Assembly (NCBI GenBank): GCA_023244895.1
Contig: JAHFLL010000001.1
Span: forward strand, 268,009 to 332,008
DNA: 64,000 nucleotides
Direction: 5' to 3'
Source of the DNA: Candidatus Liptonbacteria bacterium
Lineage (GTDB): Bacteria > Patescibacteriota > Minisyncoccia > UBA6257 > 2-01-FULL-56-20
Shown: one piece after another, positions 18,091 through 28,065 of the stretch
Layout of the letters: every line of letters begins with the position of its first letter
Position numbering within the stretch: position 1 is the first letter of the stretch
Position numbers and translations under genes: made by a program
Notes under the pieces: model-generated
The model's input: the letters and a program-made list of their open reading frames with translations, nothing else
What the model was told of the DNA's origin: nothing
The model's database searches: none

Positions 18091-19599
18091 ATGGACACTC
18101 AAAGCTCGCAACCAAGCATATCGGCCAAGGCCTCTCTAATAGCGGGAGCCTCGTTGGCGTTGGGCTTACTTTTTGATTACTTTTTTTACGAAAAGGCTCC
18201 TGGAATAGGATTCCCGATATACGTGGGGCTGATTCTGGTGGGACTATTCGTTATCTCGGTATATTTTAAAAAGCGGGTAGATAAGCAGGCGCTTTGGCTT
18301 TTGATACCGCTGGCGTTCTTTAGCTCTATGGTCTTTGTGCGCTCCAGCATACTGCTTACGTTTCTAAATATTGTGGGTAGCTTCTTGTTGCTATTGCTTA
18401 TAGTAGAGGTGTCGCCCGTGCGGGCACTTAAAAGGTTTCTGGCGGAGGATTATATAAAAATAATTTTCCTGCCGCTCCAGTTTATTCGTCCATTTTTCCA
18501 AACGGTGGCGAGCATCTTTAAATTTAGAGAAGCGGGCGGGAAGCCAAGGGTATCCTCGCAGGTAATTAAGGGGGTGGTAATGGCTCTGCCGGTCCTTTTG
18601 GCATTTTTATTACTCTTTTCTTCGGCAGACCTTATTTTCCAGAAATACCTTTTAAACCTAATCCATATCAGCATAGACCCGCGGATTGTCTTTAGATCAA
18701 TTCTGGTATTGTGCGCCACTTCCGGCTTGATGGGGGCTTACGCCTATGCCTTCAGTAAAAAAGAAGAGGCGGCAGTTTCGGGCGAGACGAAGGATAAATT
18801 GCGCACGGTTGGCCAGATAGAAACCTCAATACTTTTGGGCGCGGTTAATGCTCTTTTTCTCGTGTTTATACTTGTTCAACTGACATATCTTTTCGGCGGG
18901 GAGGGCAACATCGCCTCGCAAGGATTTACCTACGCCGAGTATGCCCGCAAAGGATTTTTTGAATTGATCGCGGTCGCGGTCATTTCTTTTCTGCTAGTCC
19001 TGGCTACGGAAAAATATACGGCGAAGAAGGACACGGAACATACTTTAATTTTTAAAACATTAAGCACGGCGCTCACGGTGCAGGTAATGCTTATAATGGC
19101 GTCCGCCTTCAAGCGCCTTTTGCTCTATGAGGAAGCATACGGATTCACAACTCTTAGGTTGTATAGCCACGCTTTTATTATCTTTTTGGCAATTATCTTC
19201 GTTCTATTGCTCTATAAGATTTTTAAGGACAAAAGAGAAAATTTATTCGTATTTAGAGCCTTCATCTCCATTATCCTTTTTCTAGCCACCATAAATCTCC
19301 TCAACCCGGATGCGTTTATCGCTCGGCGCAACATTGAGCGGCTTAAGACCACCGAAGAGCTGGATGTTTATTACCTAAGCCGGCTGTCTGACGATGCCTT
19401 ACCCGAAACGATAAAAATATTGAATATCCCGAATGAAGATTTGAGAAAAAGTTTTGCGCGAGAATTGTATTGGCGGACTCAGGACCATGTTGCGCTTTTC
19501 TCCCGCTGGCAGTCCTCTAACATCTCCCGCATGAACGCGGACAGGATTTTGAAATCAAAAATTGCGGAGCTGGAACAGTCTAAAGATTATCAGCCATAG
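18091..19599 (+). CDS. Polytopic membrane protein of unknown function
   Basis: 502 aa with more than 10 predicted TM segments. Confidence 0.5.
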   Translation: MDTQSSQPSISAKASLIAGASLALGLLFDYFFYEKAPGIGFPIYVGLILVGLFVISVYFKKRVDKQALWLLIPLAFFSSMVFVRSSILLTFLNIVGSFLLLLLIVEVSPVRALKRFLAEDYIKIIFLPLQFIRPFFQTVASIFKFREAGGKPRVSSQVIKGVVMALPVLLAFLLLFSSADLIFQKYLLNLIHISIDPRIVFRSILVLCATSGLMGAYAYAFSKKEEAAVSGETKDKLRTVGQIETSILLGAVNALFLVFILVQLTYLFGGEGNIASQGFTYAEYARKGFFELIAVAVISFLLVLATEKYTAKKDTEHTLIFKTLSTALTVQVMLIMASAFKRLLLYEEAYGFTTLRLYSHAFIIFLAIIFVLLLYKIFKDKRENLFVFRAFISIILFLATINLLNPDAFIARRNIERLKTTEELDVYYLSRLSDDALPETIKILNIPNEDLRKSFARELYWRTQDHVALFSRWQSSNISRMNADRILKSKIAELEQSKDYQP

Positions 19600-19656
19600 A
19601 GCTTGTGTGTTTATCTGCGTTTCGTAAAAACCAGTGGAAAGTGGTTTAATTAAGGT

Positions 19657-20703
19657 ATGACTAAGTTGCATATCCTTTGGGGCGTGTTGGCTGTTTTGGT
19701 TCTAGTTGGTGGAGGTATTTTATATATATACAACATAGAGCCCAGCCTGAACCCACATCCAGTTGGCCCAATTGTGGGCGGCGATAGGGATGAGCATGGC
19801 TGTATCGGTTCCGCAGGTTATTCTTGGTGCGAGCTCAAGCAGAAATGTTTAAGAGTTTGGGAGGAGAAGTGCGAAGCGGGAACGACGAGTGATGTTAATA
19901 CCAAAACCCACATGACCAGCTGGTTTGAGGGTTTTGATTATGTAAATTTTGGCGTAAATTTGCCGCCCGATATCGCCCCGACCGCCAAGGGTGGCCAGGG
20001 TTGGCTAAGCTGGTGGGATAAGGGCGCCAATAAGGAGGTGTTACTATTCGCCTCATATGAAGGAGGAAGAGGATATGGCTTAAAAGAATATTTTGATTAT
20101 GTGATTTTGGCCAAGTGCCCCAAGTGCACGGAAAAAAGCGCTATGTCTCTGGGAAATATTTCCGGTAAGACATATTCGGACGGCGTCAAAGAATATGCTG
20201 ATTTTCTGGTCGCTAAAAATAACGGCGTTATGTTTCATATGGAATATCCCGCCGCCGCTTCTCAAAATGTCCAAAATATTTTGGCGACTTTTTGGAGCGA
20301 GTTTCCCAAAAGGGAAGAAGTGGAGGGCATGGAGCTAAAAATTTATCTAGTTAAGTCCAACGGTAATTCAGAAGAATATATTGAGGCGAAGCGCATGATT
20401 CCCAAGGCAAGCGCGGTGGCAACGGCGGCGATAAACGAGCTGTTGGTCGGTCCGTATCGCGCCGAGGTGGAAATGGGCTATTTTAGCGCCCTACCGCTGG
20501 GTAGTAGGCTTAACTCACTCAAGATAGAAAACGGCGTAGCCTATGCCGACTTCAATCAGCAGACCCAATCGGGCGGAGGCTCAACCAGTATGATGTTGCG
20601 TAGAAGTCAGATAACGCAGACGCTAAAACAATTTCCGACCATAAAATCCGTCGTGCTCTCGATTGATGGTAATTCTCAGCAGGATTTAATATTCCAACCG
20701 TAA
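19657..20703 (+). CDS. Membrane-anchored protein with C-terminal GerMN-like domain
   Basis: N-terminal TM segment. C-terminus INELLVGPYRAE...GYFSALPLGSRLNSLKIENGVAYADFN matches the GerMN/Gmad2-type fold common in CPR. Confidence 0.5.
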   Translation: MTKLHILWGVLAVLVLVGGGILYIYNIEPSLNPHPVGPIVGGDRDEHGCIGSAGYSWCELKQKCLRVWEEKCEAGTTSDVNTKTHMTSWFEGFDYVNFGVNLPPDIAPTAKGGQGWLSWWDKGANKEVLLFASYEGGRGYGLKEYFDYVILAKCPKCTEKSAMSLGNISGKTYSDGVKEYADFLVAKNNGVMFHMEYPAAASQNVQNILATFWSEFPKREEVEGMELKIYLVKSNGNSEEYIEAKRMIPKASAVATAAINELLVGPYRAEVEMGYFSALPLGSRLNSLKIENGVAYADFNQQTQSGGGSTSMMLRRSQITQTLKQFPTIKSVVLSIDGNSQQDLIFQP

Positions 20704-20709
20704 ATAAAA

Positions 20710-21405
20710 ATGGACATAAAAGGCAAGACAGTAATTATCACGGGAGGCAGTTCTGGTTTGGGTAGAGCACTGGCAGAGGGTTTTAAAAATGCCGGGGCGC
20801 ACGTTTTAATTTGCAGTAACAACCAAAAGGAGCTTCGAGAAGTAATAGTGGAGGCGGGAGTAGATGGCTTATTGTGCGATATAACTGATCCAGTCCAAGT
20901 GCAAGGCTTTGCCAAATCCGCGCATTCCAAATTGAAGAAAGTAGATATCTGGGTAAATAACGCAGGCGTAGGCAACCACCATACGGAGATAGAGCTTCAA
21001 GACCCCGCCTTCGTCCACAAGATGATGGAGGTTAATTTTTTTGGGATGATGTATGGCTCTCAAGAGGCGTTAAAGATTATGAAGAAGCAGAAGCAGGGAA
21101 CCATAATCAATATTCTTTCCATAAGAGCCATGAAAGCGCATCCCTTGTCCGCGGGCTACTCCGCGACAAAATGGGCGGCACGGGGCTTCGCGGAAGCGTT
21201 ACGAGTTGCGGGAGAAGAAAGCGGGGTGTCTGTCATAAATATTTATCCAACCGGTATGAAAACGGAATTTTACAACATCAATAAGCCAGACGATTATAGC
21301 CGTTTTATGGAACCAAGAGAGGTTGCGCGGCGGGTTATAGAAAATTTGGAACTTAGCAATCCGGAAGATGACCTGATTGTTGAAAAAAACAGTCTGTATT
21401 CCTGA
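20710..21405 (+). CDS. SDR family oxidoreductase
   Basis: TGGSSGLGRALA and YSATKWAARGFAEAL (YxxxK). Confidence 0.8.
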   Translation: MDIKGKTVIITGGSSGLGRALAEGFKNAGAHVLICSNNQKELREVIVEAGVDGLLCDITDPVQVQGFAKSAHSKLKKVDIWVNNAGVGNHHTEIELQDPAFVHKMMEVNFFGMMYGSQEALKIMKKQKQGTIINILSIRAMKAHPLSAGYSATKWAARGFAEALRVAGEESGVSVINIYPTGMKTEFYNINKPDDYSRFMEPREVARRVIENLELSNPEDDLIVEKNSLYS

Positions 21406-21420
21406 GTATCTACGTTCGGT

Positions 21421-21468
21421 AAAAACGGGAACAGGACGCGCAACGGGCGCATCCTGTCTTGTTCTGTT
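21421..21468. terminator. Bidirectional terminator between SDR and island E
   Basis: ACAGGACGCGC-AACGG-GCGCATCCTGT with T/A runs on both sides. Confidence 0.5.
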
Positions 21469-21471
21469 GCC

Positions 21472-21846
21472 CTAGGTGGGCGTCTCCTCTGGGAAGAGGA
21501 GTGTGCGCGTAGTGCATTTGTAAGTGTCCGCGCATCGCATTCCAACCTTACCCGCTTCTTGGAGCTTGGCTTGGATCTGCTTGTCCACTACGGCCCTTTG
21601 TGTCGCGTCGAGATCCTGCCATCCCGAACTAGACAAGGCCGCAATCATCGCATCGGCCACGACTTCGCCCATCAGGTGGCAATCTGATGATCCGAGTCCG
21701 TGGACCAGTCTTGATACCACTCCGGTGCGATAGCTGAACCTCGCTCCGATTCTTGACTTGGCAACGCTGAGTGAGCCACCTGACATCTCGTACGCAGTCC
21801 GGGCAGTTTCCACGAGTTCTTGCATTATCGCAATCGGTTCGGTCAC
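21472..21846 (-). CDS. 124-aa hypothetical protein (GTG start), GC-rich island E
   Basis: High-GC ORF with SD-like GGAAGGAAGG upstream. No recognisable domain. Confidence 0.35.
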   Translation of the reverse strand: MTEPIAIMQELVETARTAYEMSGGSLSVAKSRIGARFSYRTGVVSRLVHGLGSSDCHLMGEVVADAMIAALSSSGWQDLDATQRAVVDKQIQAKLQEAGKVGMRCADTYKCTTRTLLFPEETPT

Positions 21847-21973
21847 GGCGACGCCTTCCTTCCTGATTGAGTGGGAGAGCTGAAAACAATTTTCTTAAAT
21901 TATTACCCTCCGGTCAATGTGTATAACTTGAATTTGGCTGGAAACCTGCTAGATTTTTTACCAGAGGTGACTC

Positions 21974-22183
21974 ATGGCGAAACAGTGGAAACTGTCTGCG
22001 GATGGAATGCCGCAGAGGCCCGCTCGGCCCCGCAGACCGGATGCGCCCGAAGTCCCCGCGACCCTAGGTGGCAGCTACCTCGCTTCCACCGCAGGCCTCG
22101 GAACCACCAGTCCTCCGCCGAAGTTGCGAGGACGCGCACGATACGGTAAAGGCGCGTCATTCCGAGGGTGGGAGGCGCAGTAG
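21974..22183 (+). CDS. 69-aa Pro/Arg-rich small protein, GC-rich island E (tentative)
   Basis: SD AGAGGTG 5 nt before the ATG. Promoter-like TTGAAT-16-TAGATT at ~21929. Terminator at 22201-22233. Composition is low-complexity, so it may instead be an ncRNA. Confidence 0.25.
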   Translation: MAKQWKLSADGMPQRPARPRRPDAPEVPATLGGSYLASTAGLGTTSPPPKLRGRARYGKGASFRGWEAQ

Positions 22184-22200
22184 AACGGGAAACGAAGATT

Positions 22201-22233
22201 GGCGGCGTCGCGAGTGACGCCGCCACGCTTTTT
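22201..22233 (+). terminator. Rho-independent terminator
   Basis: GGCGGCGTCGCGAGTGACGCCGCC followed by ACGCTTTTT. Confidence 0.65.
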
Positions 22234-22249
22234 ATTATAGAATTCACTC

Positions 22250-22894
22250 ATGCGCTACATAGTTGGCTTAGATGAAGTGGGGCGAGGCCCGCTGGCCGGG
22301 CCGGTGGTGGTTGCGGCTGCCCTTATAATGCAAAATGTAAAAATTAAAGATAAAAAATTGGGGATACCGAGGGATTCCAAAAAGCTCACCCCAAAACAGA
22401 GAGAGGATTGGGTCAGATATTTTGAAAATAATCCCAAGATTTTTTACGCCGTCGCGCAGGTTTCGCCCAGAGTGATAGATAAAATAAATATCTCCGCCGC
22501 AGCAAACCTAGCCGCTTGGCGGGCCTACGGTAGGCTAATTAAAAAATCAAAAATCCATCCTTCGTCTAACTACGAACGGGCGAGCAAAATTAAAAATGTG
22601 GGAGTGTTCCTGGATGGGGGGTTGTATCTAAAGAAAAAAGGATTTTATCCTGGCGCGAAAACCATTATAAAAGGGGACCAGAAAATACCAGCGATTTCTA
22701 TCGCATCCATTATCGCCAAGGTCTATCGGGATGATTTAATGAACAAAATGGCAAAGAAGCATCCCGGGTATGGATTTGAAATTCATAAAGGCTATGGCAC
22801 CAAGGCTCATTATTCCGCTTTAAGAAAATTGGGTCCTTCCGAAATCCATCGGTTGACGTTTTTGGGAAAAAAACATAAAATCACAAAGTCGTAA
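22250..22894 (+). CDS. rnhB: Ribonuclease HII
   Basis: GLDEVGRGPLAGPVVVAA and DSKKL. Confidence 0.85.
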   Translation: MRYIVGLDEVGRGPLAGPVVVAAALIMQNVKIKDKKLGIPRDSKKLTPKQREDWVRYFENNPKIFYAVAQVSPRVIDKINISAAANLAAWRAYGRLIKKSKIHPSSNYERASKIKNVGVFLDGGLYLKKKGFYPGAKTIIKGDQKIPAISIASIIAKVYRDDLMNKMAKKHPGYGFEIHKGYGTKAHYSALRKLGPSEIHRLTFLGKKHKITKS

Positions 22895-22913
22895 TATCAG
22901 CAGGAAGTCGGCG

Positions 22914-22946
22914 ATCCCGCCTACGGCGGGATGCAAGATTTTCTAG
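22914..22946 (+). terminator. Rho-independent terminator after rnhB
   Basis: ATCCCGCC-TACG-GCGGGAT followed by GCAAGATTTT. Confidence 0.6.
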
Positions 22947-22975
22947 GCTCGTAAACTCACCAACAAAATCTAAGC

Positions 22976-23134
22976 ATGGGTGGCGTACCTACTAAACATC
23001 ATTCTCACGGCAAAGTTGGCCGCAGGCGGTCGCATCTGGCGTTGAAGAAAATAACGCTCAAGGTTTGTCCTACTTGTAACGGTCCTAAGGTGGCACATCG
23101 CACCTGCAAGCAGTGCGGCAAGAAGAGTAAGTAA
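22976..23134 (+). CDS. rpmF: 50S ribosomal protein L32 (52 aa, below the ORF-track cutoff)
   Basis: Translation MGGVPTKHHSHGKVGRRRSHLALKKITLKVCPTCNGPKVAHRTCKQCGKKSK. Confidence 0.75.
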   Translation: MGGVPTKHHSHGKVGRRRSHLALKKITLKVCPTCNGPKVAHRTCKQCGKKSK

Positions 23135-23157
23135 GTTAACTCGTCTAGTCGCACGAG

Positions 23158-23184
23158 ACCCCTTTTGGAATAAGGGGTTTTGTG
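23158..23184 (+). terminator. Rho-independent terminator after rpmF
   Basis: CCCCTTTTGGAATAAGGGG followed by TTTTG. Confidence 0.6.
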
Positions 23185-23210
23185 TTATTCTAAATTACAG
23201 TTAGCTCTTT

Positions 23211-23681
23211 ATGGCAACCAGGCACCTTATCAGAAGCGTCATACTCCAAACTTTATACGAATGGGATTTCTATAATCGCCAGCGAGATTTGGTTGCGATG
23301 CTGGATCGTAATCTAGCCGAATTCGCGCCCGAAATAGACGAGCCGGAATTTGCCTGGAAGATAATGAAGGGAGTGATAGACCATCTAAAGGAAATAGACG
23401 CGACAATTACGAAGGCGGCTCCAGAGTGGCCTATGGATAAGATTGCCATAGTAGATAGGAATATCTTGCGGATTGGTCTATACGAGCTTTTGTATGCCGA
23501 TCCAGAGGAGGTTCCGCCGAAAGTCGCTATAAACGAGGCAATTGAGATTGCAAAAAGCTATGGCGGACCGAACGCGGGTCGTTTTGTAAACGGCGTGTTG
23601 GGCACGGTTTACCGCGAACGCAAGGCATTGAAGCAGAAAGAACGGGAAGAGGAGGGAGGGCTGCAGGAAAAGAAAGAGTAG
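23211..23681 (+). CDS. nusB: Transcription antitermination factor NusB
   Basis: N-terminal ARxxxLQxLY-like segment and GRFVNGVLG. Confidence 0.75.
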   Translation: MATRHLIRSVILQTLYEWDFYNRQRDLVAMLDRNLAEFAPEIDEPEFAWKIMKGVIDHLKEIDATITKAAPEWPMDKIAIVDRNILRIGLYELLYADPEEVPPKVAINEAIEIAKSYGGPNAGRFVNGVLGTVYRERKALKQKEREEEGGLQEKKE

Positions 23682-23692
23682 AGAACCGAAAA

Positions 23693-24367
23693 ATGGACTT
23701 AGAAAAAAGAATAGGAGTAGTTTTTAAAAATAAAGATTTATTGAAAGAGGCCTTAACTCACAGGTCTTATTTGAATGAGCATCCAGAGTGGGAGCTGCCC
23801 CATAACGAGCGATTGGAGTTTTTGGGCGACGCAGTTTTGGAATTAGTGGTCACGGAATATCTATATAACCGTTTCCCGGATAAGCCGGAAGGACAACTTA
23901 CTATGTTGCGCGCCGCGCTGGTTAATTATCAGTTTTTGAGCAAAATCACGGCGGAGTTTGATCTAGATGGCGCAATGCTCATGTCGCGGGGCGAACGAGC
24001 GGATAATTCCAAGGCGCGCGAGGTAATTCTAGCGAACGCGATAGAATCTCTAATCGGCGCGATATATCTGGATCAGGGTTTTGAGATGGCAAAAAACTTC
24101 ATTCACCGTTTTGTTATTGAGTATTTGCCCCAGATACTTGAAACCAAGAGCTACAAGGATGCAAAGAGTGAGCTACAGGAAATCGTCCAGGAGAAGTTGA
24201 GGGTTACTCCCAGCTATAAGGTTTTGAGCGAAATAGGTCCGGCGCATAAGAGGACATTCAAGATAGGGGTCTATTTTGGCGATAAGTTGGTCGCTAGCGG
24301 AGAGGGATCTTCTAAACAGGAAGCTGAAATAGAAGCAGCAAGGGAAGCATTGAAGAAATACAAATAA
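23693..24367 (+). CDS. rnc: Ribonuclease III
   Basis: ALTHRSY, ERLEFLGDAVLELVV and a C-terminal dsRBD. Confidence 0.85.
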   Translation: MDLEKRIGVVFKNKDLLKEALTHRSYLNEHPEWELPHNERLEFLGDAVLELVVTEYLYNRFPDKPEGQLTMLRAALVNYQFLSKITAEFDLDGAMLMSRGERADNSKAREVILANAIESLIGAIYLDQGFEMAKNFIHRFVIEYLPQILETKSYKDAKSELQEIVQEKLRVTPSYKVLSEIGPAHKRTFKIGVYFGDKLVASGEGSSKQEAEIEAAREALKKYK

Positions 24368-24373
24368 GCCTTC

Positions 24374-26572
24374 ATGCCCCATCTTCTCAAAAAGTTAGAA
24401 CTGAACGGTTTTAAATCTTTTGCTCAGAGAACCGTTTTAGACTTTCCGGAGGGTATTACCGGCATAGTCGGTCCGAACGGTTCCGGCAAGTCCAACGTGA
24501 TAGACGCCATCCGCTGGCTTTTGGGCGAACGGGAAGCAAAGAATCTGCGCGGGGCCAAATCCGAAGACTTAATATTTGCGGGCACGGCCAAGCGCCCGCG
24601 CATGGGTCAGGCCTCCGCCAGCCTACATTTTGATAACAGCAGCGGTTTTTTCCCGGTGGATTTTTCGGAAATAATCATCACTCGCCAGGCCAGCCGGGAC
24701 GGTAATAATCAATATTTTATTAACAAGTCAGAGGTTCGCTTAAAAGATATTATTGATTTCTTCGCGCAGGCTCGTTTGGGTTCGCGCGGGCTAGTGGTAG
24801 TTACGCAGGGCAATAGCGATATGTTTATTCAGGCTAATCCTACTCAGAGAAGAGAAATGGTAGAGGAGATGCTGGGGCTAAGAGAGTATCAGCTAAAGAA
24901 GGGCGAAGCCGAAAGACGTCTTAAAAATACCCAGATAAACTTGGATAAAGTAAGCGCGCTCACGGAGGAAATTTTGCCCCACCTACGTTCTTTGAAGCGC
25001 CAGACCGGACGTTGGGAAAAAAGGGCGGTATTGGAGCAGGAACTACGTGATTTAGAAAATAGATTTTTTGGCTCTGCCTGGCAGGACATAGAAAGTAGAA
25101 AGAAAGCTTTGGAATCGGAGCTCGCCGAACATCACAAACAGCTATCGCATCTTTCTAAGGAAAAAGAGTCCGCGGAGCTGAGGTTAGCCAAGGTTGAATC
25201 CAACCAGCCGGAGGAACGCAAGGAGTTGCAGGAGATAAAAGAGAAAACCAGAAAATTGTTGGACGAAAGAAACGCGCTTCAGAAGGAAATCGGTCGTCTG
25301 GAGGCCCAGTTGGAATATTCTCCGGCGGCTCCTCAGAATCAGGCCACGCCGGAAGCCAGGGAGCTCCTGGAGTTCGTCAAAAAGATGAGAACCAAGCTGG
25401 AGGTCGCGCTAGACGACCCGGAAAAATTAGAAAGAGTGGTGGGGGAGATATTGGAGGAAGTGGAAGATTTTCTGGCTTCCGGTAGAAACATTCAAAGTAA
25501 AATTGCACCTCCGGCACAGAACCAGGAAATAAAAAACCGTTTTGAAAAAATTAAAAAGGATCTCGCCCTTCTGGACTCTAGCCTAAAAGATTTATCAGAG
25601 CGAGAAAAGCATCTGGAGAAGAACCAGGAGTCTTTCTATCAAGCTTTCAAGATGGCTGTGGCGGAGTTGGAGTCCGCTAAGGATAAGTTAGAGAGGTGGC
25701 ATAACGCGGAACAGCAGAAAAAGTTTGAATTAGAAAGGCTGAGTCTTCATATGGAAGAATGGTCCCGCCAGGTTGAGCAAAGCGGCCGGCGCGAGGAAGA
25801 GTTTCATAAACTAGAATCGCTTATGTCTCTTGGCGGGGAGGAGAAGGGTCAGATAGAACACCGCATTTTCAGGTTGCGCGGGGATTTGGCCAGTATCGGC
25901 GAGATAGATGAAGCATTACTAAAAGAGGCGCGCGAGACAGAGGAGCGTTATGAGTTTTTAAAAAGGGAGTCGGATGATTTGGAAAAAGCCAGAATTGATT
26001 TACGGGCACTTATTTCAGAGTTAAACGAGAAGATTAAGACTGAATTTGGTTCCGCCCTGGTTAAGATAAATGAGGAATTTGAAAAATTTTTCGGGGTTAT
26101 GTTTGGGGGAGGGCAAGCCAAGCTGAAATTGGAAAAACCCAAGTCCAGGCAGGCGGTCTCAGAGATAGAGGGCTCGATCTCTGCCGAGGCTCGCGTGCCG
26201 GATGAAGTCAAGGTGGAAGAGGACGAAGAGGTAGAGGCGGGCCTAGAAATAGACCTAAAGCTTCCCAGGAAGCGTATAAATTCGCTGGATGTCTTGTCTG
26301 GCGGAGAGAGGAGTTTGGTGGGCATAGCCGCCCTTTTCGCGCTTATATCCGTCAGCCCGCCCCCGTTTTTGGTATTGGACGAGGTAGACGCTCCGCTTGA
26401 CGAACGCAACACGCGTCGGTTTGCGGAAATGCTCAAGGAATTTTCCAAGCACAGCCAATTCATTCTAGTAACCCACAACCGGGCCACTATGGAGGCGGCC
26501 AATCTTCTTTATGGCGTGACCATGAACGAGGATGGAACTTCTAAGATTTTATCTTTGAGTATTGAGGTCTAG
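24374..26572 (+). CDS. smc: SMC-family ATPase, short (732 aa)
   Basis: Walker A GPNGSGKSN at the N-terminus, long coiled coil, signature LSGGERSL, Walker B LVLDEVDAPLD. Confidence 0.6.
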   Translation: MPHLLKKLELNGFKSFAQRTVLDFPEGITGIVGPNGSGKSNVIDAIRWLLGEREAKNLRGAKSEDLIFAGTAKRPRMGQASASLHFDNSSGFFPVDFSEIIITRQASRDGNNQYFINKSEVRLKDIIDFFAQARLGSRGLVVVTQGNSDMFIQANPTQRREMVEEMLGLREYQLKKGEAERRLKNTQINLDKVSALTEEILPHLRSLKRQTGRWEKRAVLEQELRDLENRFFGSAWQDIESRKKALESELAEHHKQLSHLSKEKESAELRLAKVESNQPEERKELQEIKEKTRKLLDERNALQKEIGRLEAQLEYSPAAPQNQATPEARELLEFVKKMRTKLEVALDDPEKLERVVGEILEEVEDFLASGRNIQSKIAPPAQNQEIKNRFEKIKKDLALLDSSLKDLSEREKHLEKNQESFYQAFKMAVAELESAKDKLERWHNAEQQKKFELERLSLHMEEWSRQVEQSGRREEEFHKLESLMSLGGEEKGQIEHRIFRLRGDLASIGEIDEALLKEARETEERYEFLKRESDDLEKARIDLRALISELNEKIKTEFGSALVKINEEFEKFFGVMFGGGQAKLKLEKPKSRQAVSEIEGSISAEARVPDEVKVEEDEEVEAGLEIDLKLPRKRINSLDVLSGGERSLVGIAALFALISVSPPPFLVLDEVDAPLDERNTRRFAEMLKEFSKHSQFILVTHNRATMEAANLLYGVTMNEDGTSKILSLSIEV

Positions 26573-26661
26573 ACAGCGCCCAATCCTTGCCTTTTGGCTC
26601 GTTTTATATTACTCTTACCTCGCTTAATTCATAATTCAATATTCTAATTTATCCTAATACT

Positions 26662-26964
26662 ATGCTAGTCATCAGATTGCAGCGCGTAGGCAAAAAGCAT
26701 CAACCCAGCTATAGGCTAGTGGTGGCAGAAAGGCGGTCCAAGATGATTGCCCCTCCCACCGAAGATTTGGGCACTTATAATCCTTCCGGTAAAAAAGCTT
26801 CTTTTAAGAAGGAGAGAATTTTGTATTGGCTGGGAGTTGGTGCTAAGGCAAGCGTTACTACCCATAACATTTTAGTCAAAGAGGGCGTTATTTCCGACAA
26901 GAAGAGAGCTGTTAGGATGAAGAAGGCTGTTCCGAAAGCGGCAGAGGCCGCTCCGGCTGCTTAG
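26662..26964 (+). CDS. rpsP: 30S ribosomal protein S16
   Basis: MLVIRLQRVGKKHQPSYRLVVAE. Confidence 0.85.
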   Translation: MLVIRLQRVGKKHQPSYRLVVAERRSKMIAPPTEDLGTYNPSGKKASFKKERILYWLGVGAKASVTTHNILVKEGVISDKKRAVRMKKAVPKAAEAAPAA

Positions 26965-27021
26965 TTTGACCAGTTTATAAATAAAAAAAGAAAGGTCGTA
27001 GAAGCTTAAATACAGACCAGA

Positions 27022-27339
27022 ATGAATAAAGAGAACGATAAGGAATTTTTGGAATTCTTGGTCAAATCCCTAGTGGATCACCCAGAAGATGTGCAGGTTG
27101 TCCGCACTGTAGATGAGCGGGGGGTACTGTTATCTTTAAGGGTAAATCCGGCGGATATGGGCCAGGTGGTAGGTCGCAAGGGCGCTACCGCGAATGCCAT
27201 TCGTCCGCTTTTGCGTATCGTGGGCAGGAAGAACAACGCCCATATCAATCTCAAGATTGAAGAGCCGGAGGGTAGTACCTATGTGCGACCGGTAGAAGAT
27301 GGCGCGCATCAGGCTGGCGGTCCGGAGGCGCAGATTTAG
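27022..27339 (+). CDS. KH-domain RNA-binding protein (UPF0109/YlqC-like)
   Basis: GQVVGRKGATANAIRPLL motif. Sits directly after rpsP, the usual YlqC position. Confidence 0.7.
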   Translation: MNKENDKEFLEFLVKSLVDHPEDVQVVRTVDERGVLLSLRVNPADMGQVVGRKGATANAIRPLLRIVGRKNNAHINLKIEEPEGSTYVRPVEDGAHQAGGPEAQI

Positions 27340-27358
27340 CCAATAGATTGCTTTCTTG

Positions 27359-27386
27359 TAAAATCCCCGCTTAGCGGGGATTTTAC
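27359..27386. terminator. Bidirectional terminator
   Basis: AAAATCCCCGCTTAGCGGGGATTTT. Confidence 0.7.
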
Positions 27387-27467
27387 TTTAAAACCCTTTT
27401 CAAAATATGGAATTTGAGTATAATATCCCCGTCGCGATCAATACTGACTCTTAAAAACTAATTCACT

Positions 27468-28028
27468 ATGCTTAACTATACGGACCTGAAGCGCGGAGTA
27501 ATATTTTTGTACGAAGGCCATCCCTACGAAGTGATAGAGGCTAATTTTTTGCGCATGCAACAGCGCAAGGCGGTGGTAAGCACCAAGATCCAAAATCTCG
27601 CAACGGGCAAAATTTTGGATAGAACTTGGCAGGCTTCGGACTCTTTTGAGGAAATAGAGGTGGAGCGCAAGAAAGCGATTTTTATTTATATTTCTAAGGA
27701 CGAATGTTGGTTCCATGAGGCGGGAGATAAGTCCAAGCGTTTTGCCGTAAAAGAAGAGATAGTTGGTTCCCCGGCAAGGTTTTTGAAAGCCAACACAGAA
27801 GTGGTTACCCTTATGTTTGGAGACAAGGTTCTGACGGTAGAAGTACCCATTAAGATGACCCTAGAGGTCAAAGAAGCTCCTCCGGGAGTGAAGGGCAATA
27901 CGGCCCAAGGGGGAGTAAAGCAGGTCGTTCTTGAGACGGGAGCAACCGTCAACACCCCGCTTTTTATAGAATCTGGCCAGAAGATTATAGTGAACACTCA
28001 GACGGGAGAGTATGTGGAGCGAGCTTAA
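27468..28028 (+). CDS. efp: Elongation factor P
   Basis: 186 aa. LKRGVIFLYEGHPYEV, VVLETGATVNTPLFIESGQKIIVNTQTGEYVER. Confidence 0.85.
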   Translation: MLNYTDLKRGVIFLYEGHPYEVIEANFLRMQQRKAVVSTKIQNLATGKILDRTWQASDSFEEIEVERKKAIFIYISKDECWFHEAGDKSKRFAVKEEIVGSPARFLKANTEVVTLMFGDKVLTVEVPIKMTLEVKEAPPGVKGNTAQGGVKQVVLETGATVNTPLFIESGQKIIVNTQTGEYVERA

Positions 28029-28065
28029 GACGGAACCTGAATTAGGAAATTAACAGTTGGGATAT

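Larger units (their letters stand above)
21430..22240. other. GC-rich island E, convergent small transcription units
   Basis: Compositional shift. SD-bearing ORFs and terminators on both sides. Confidence 0.45.

Noticed and set aside
17896-18176. ORFs 17896..18111(-) and 17991..18176(+) overlapping tRNA-Leu
   Set aside because: They overlap a canonical tRNA and the rplS terminator, and have no coding signal.
21870-22150. SRP-RNA-like AGGAAGGAAG motif near island E
   Set aside because: It is only a short purine motif. No SRP helix 8 or domain IV structure is present.
25948-26502. Minus-strand 184-aa ORF inside smc
   Set aside because: It is antisense to a well-supported SMC coding region and has Ser-rich low complexity.
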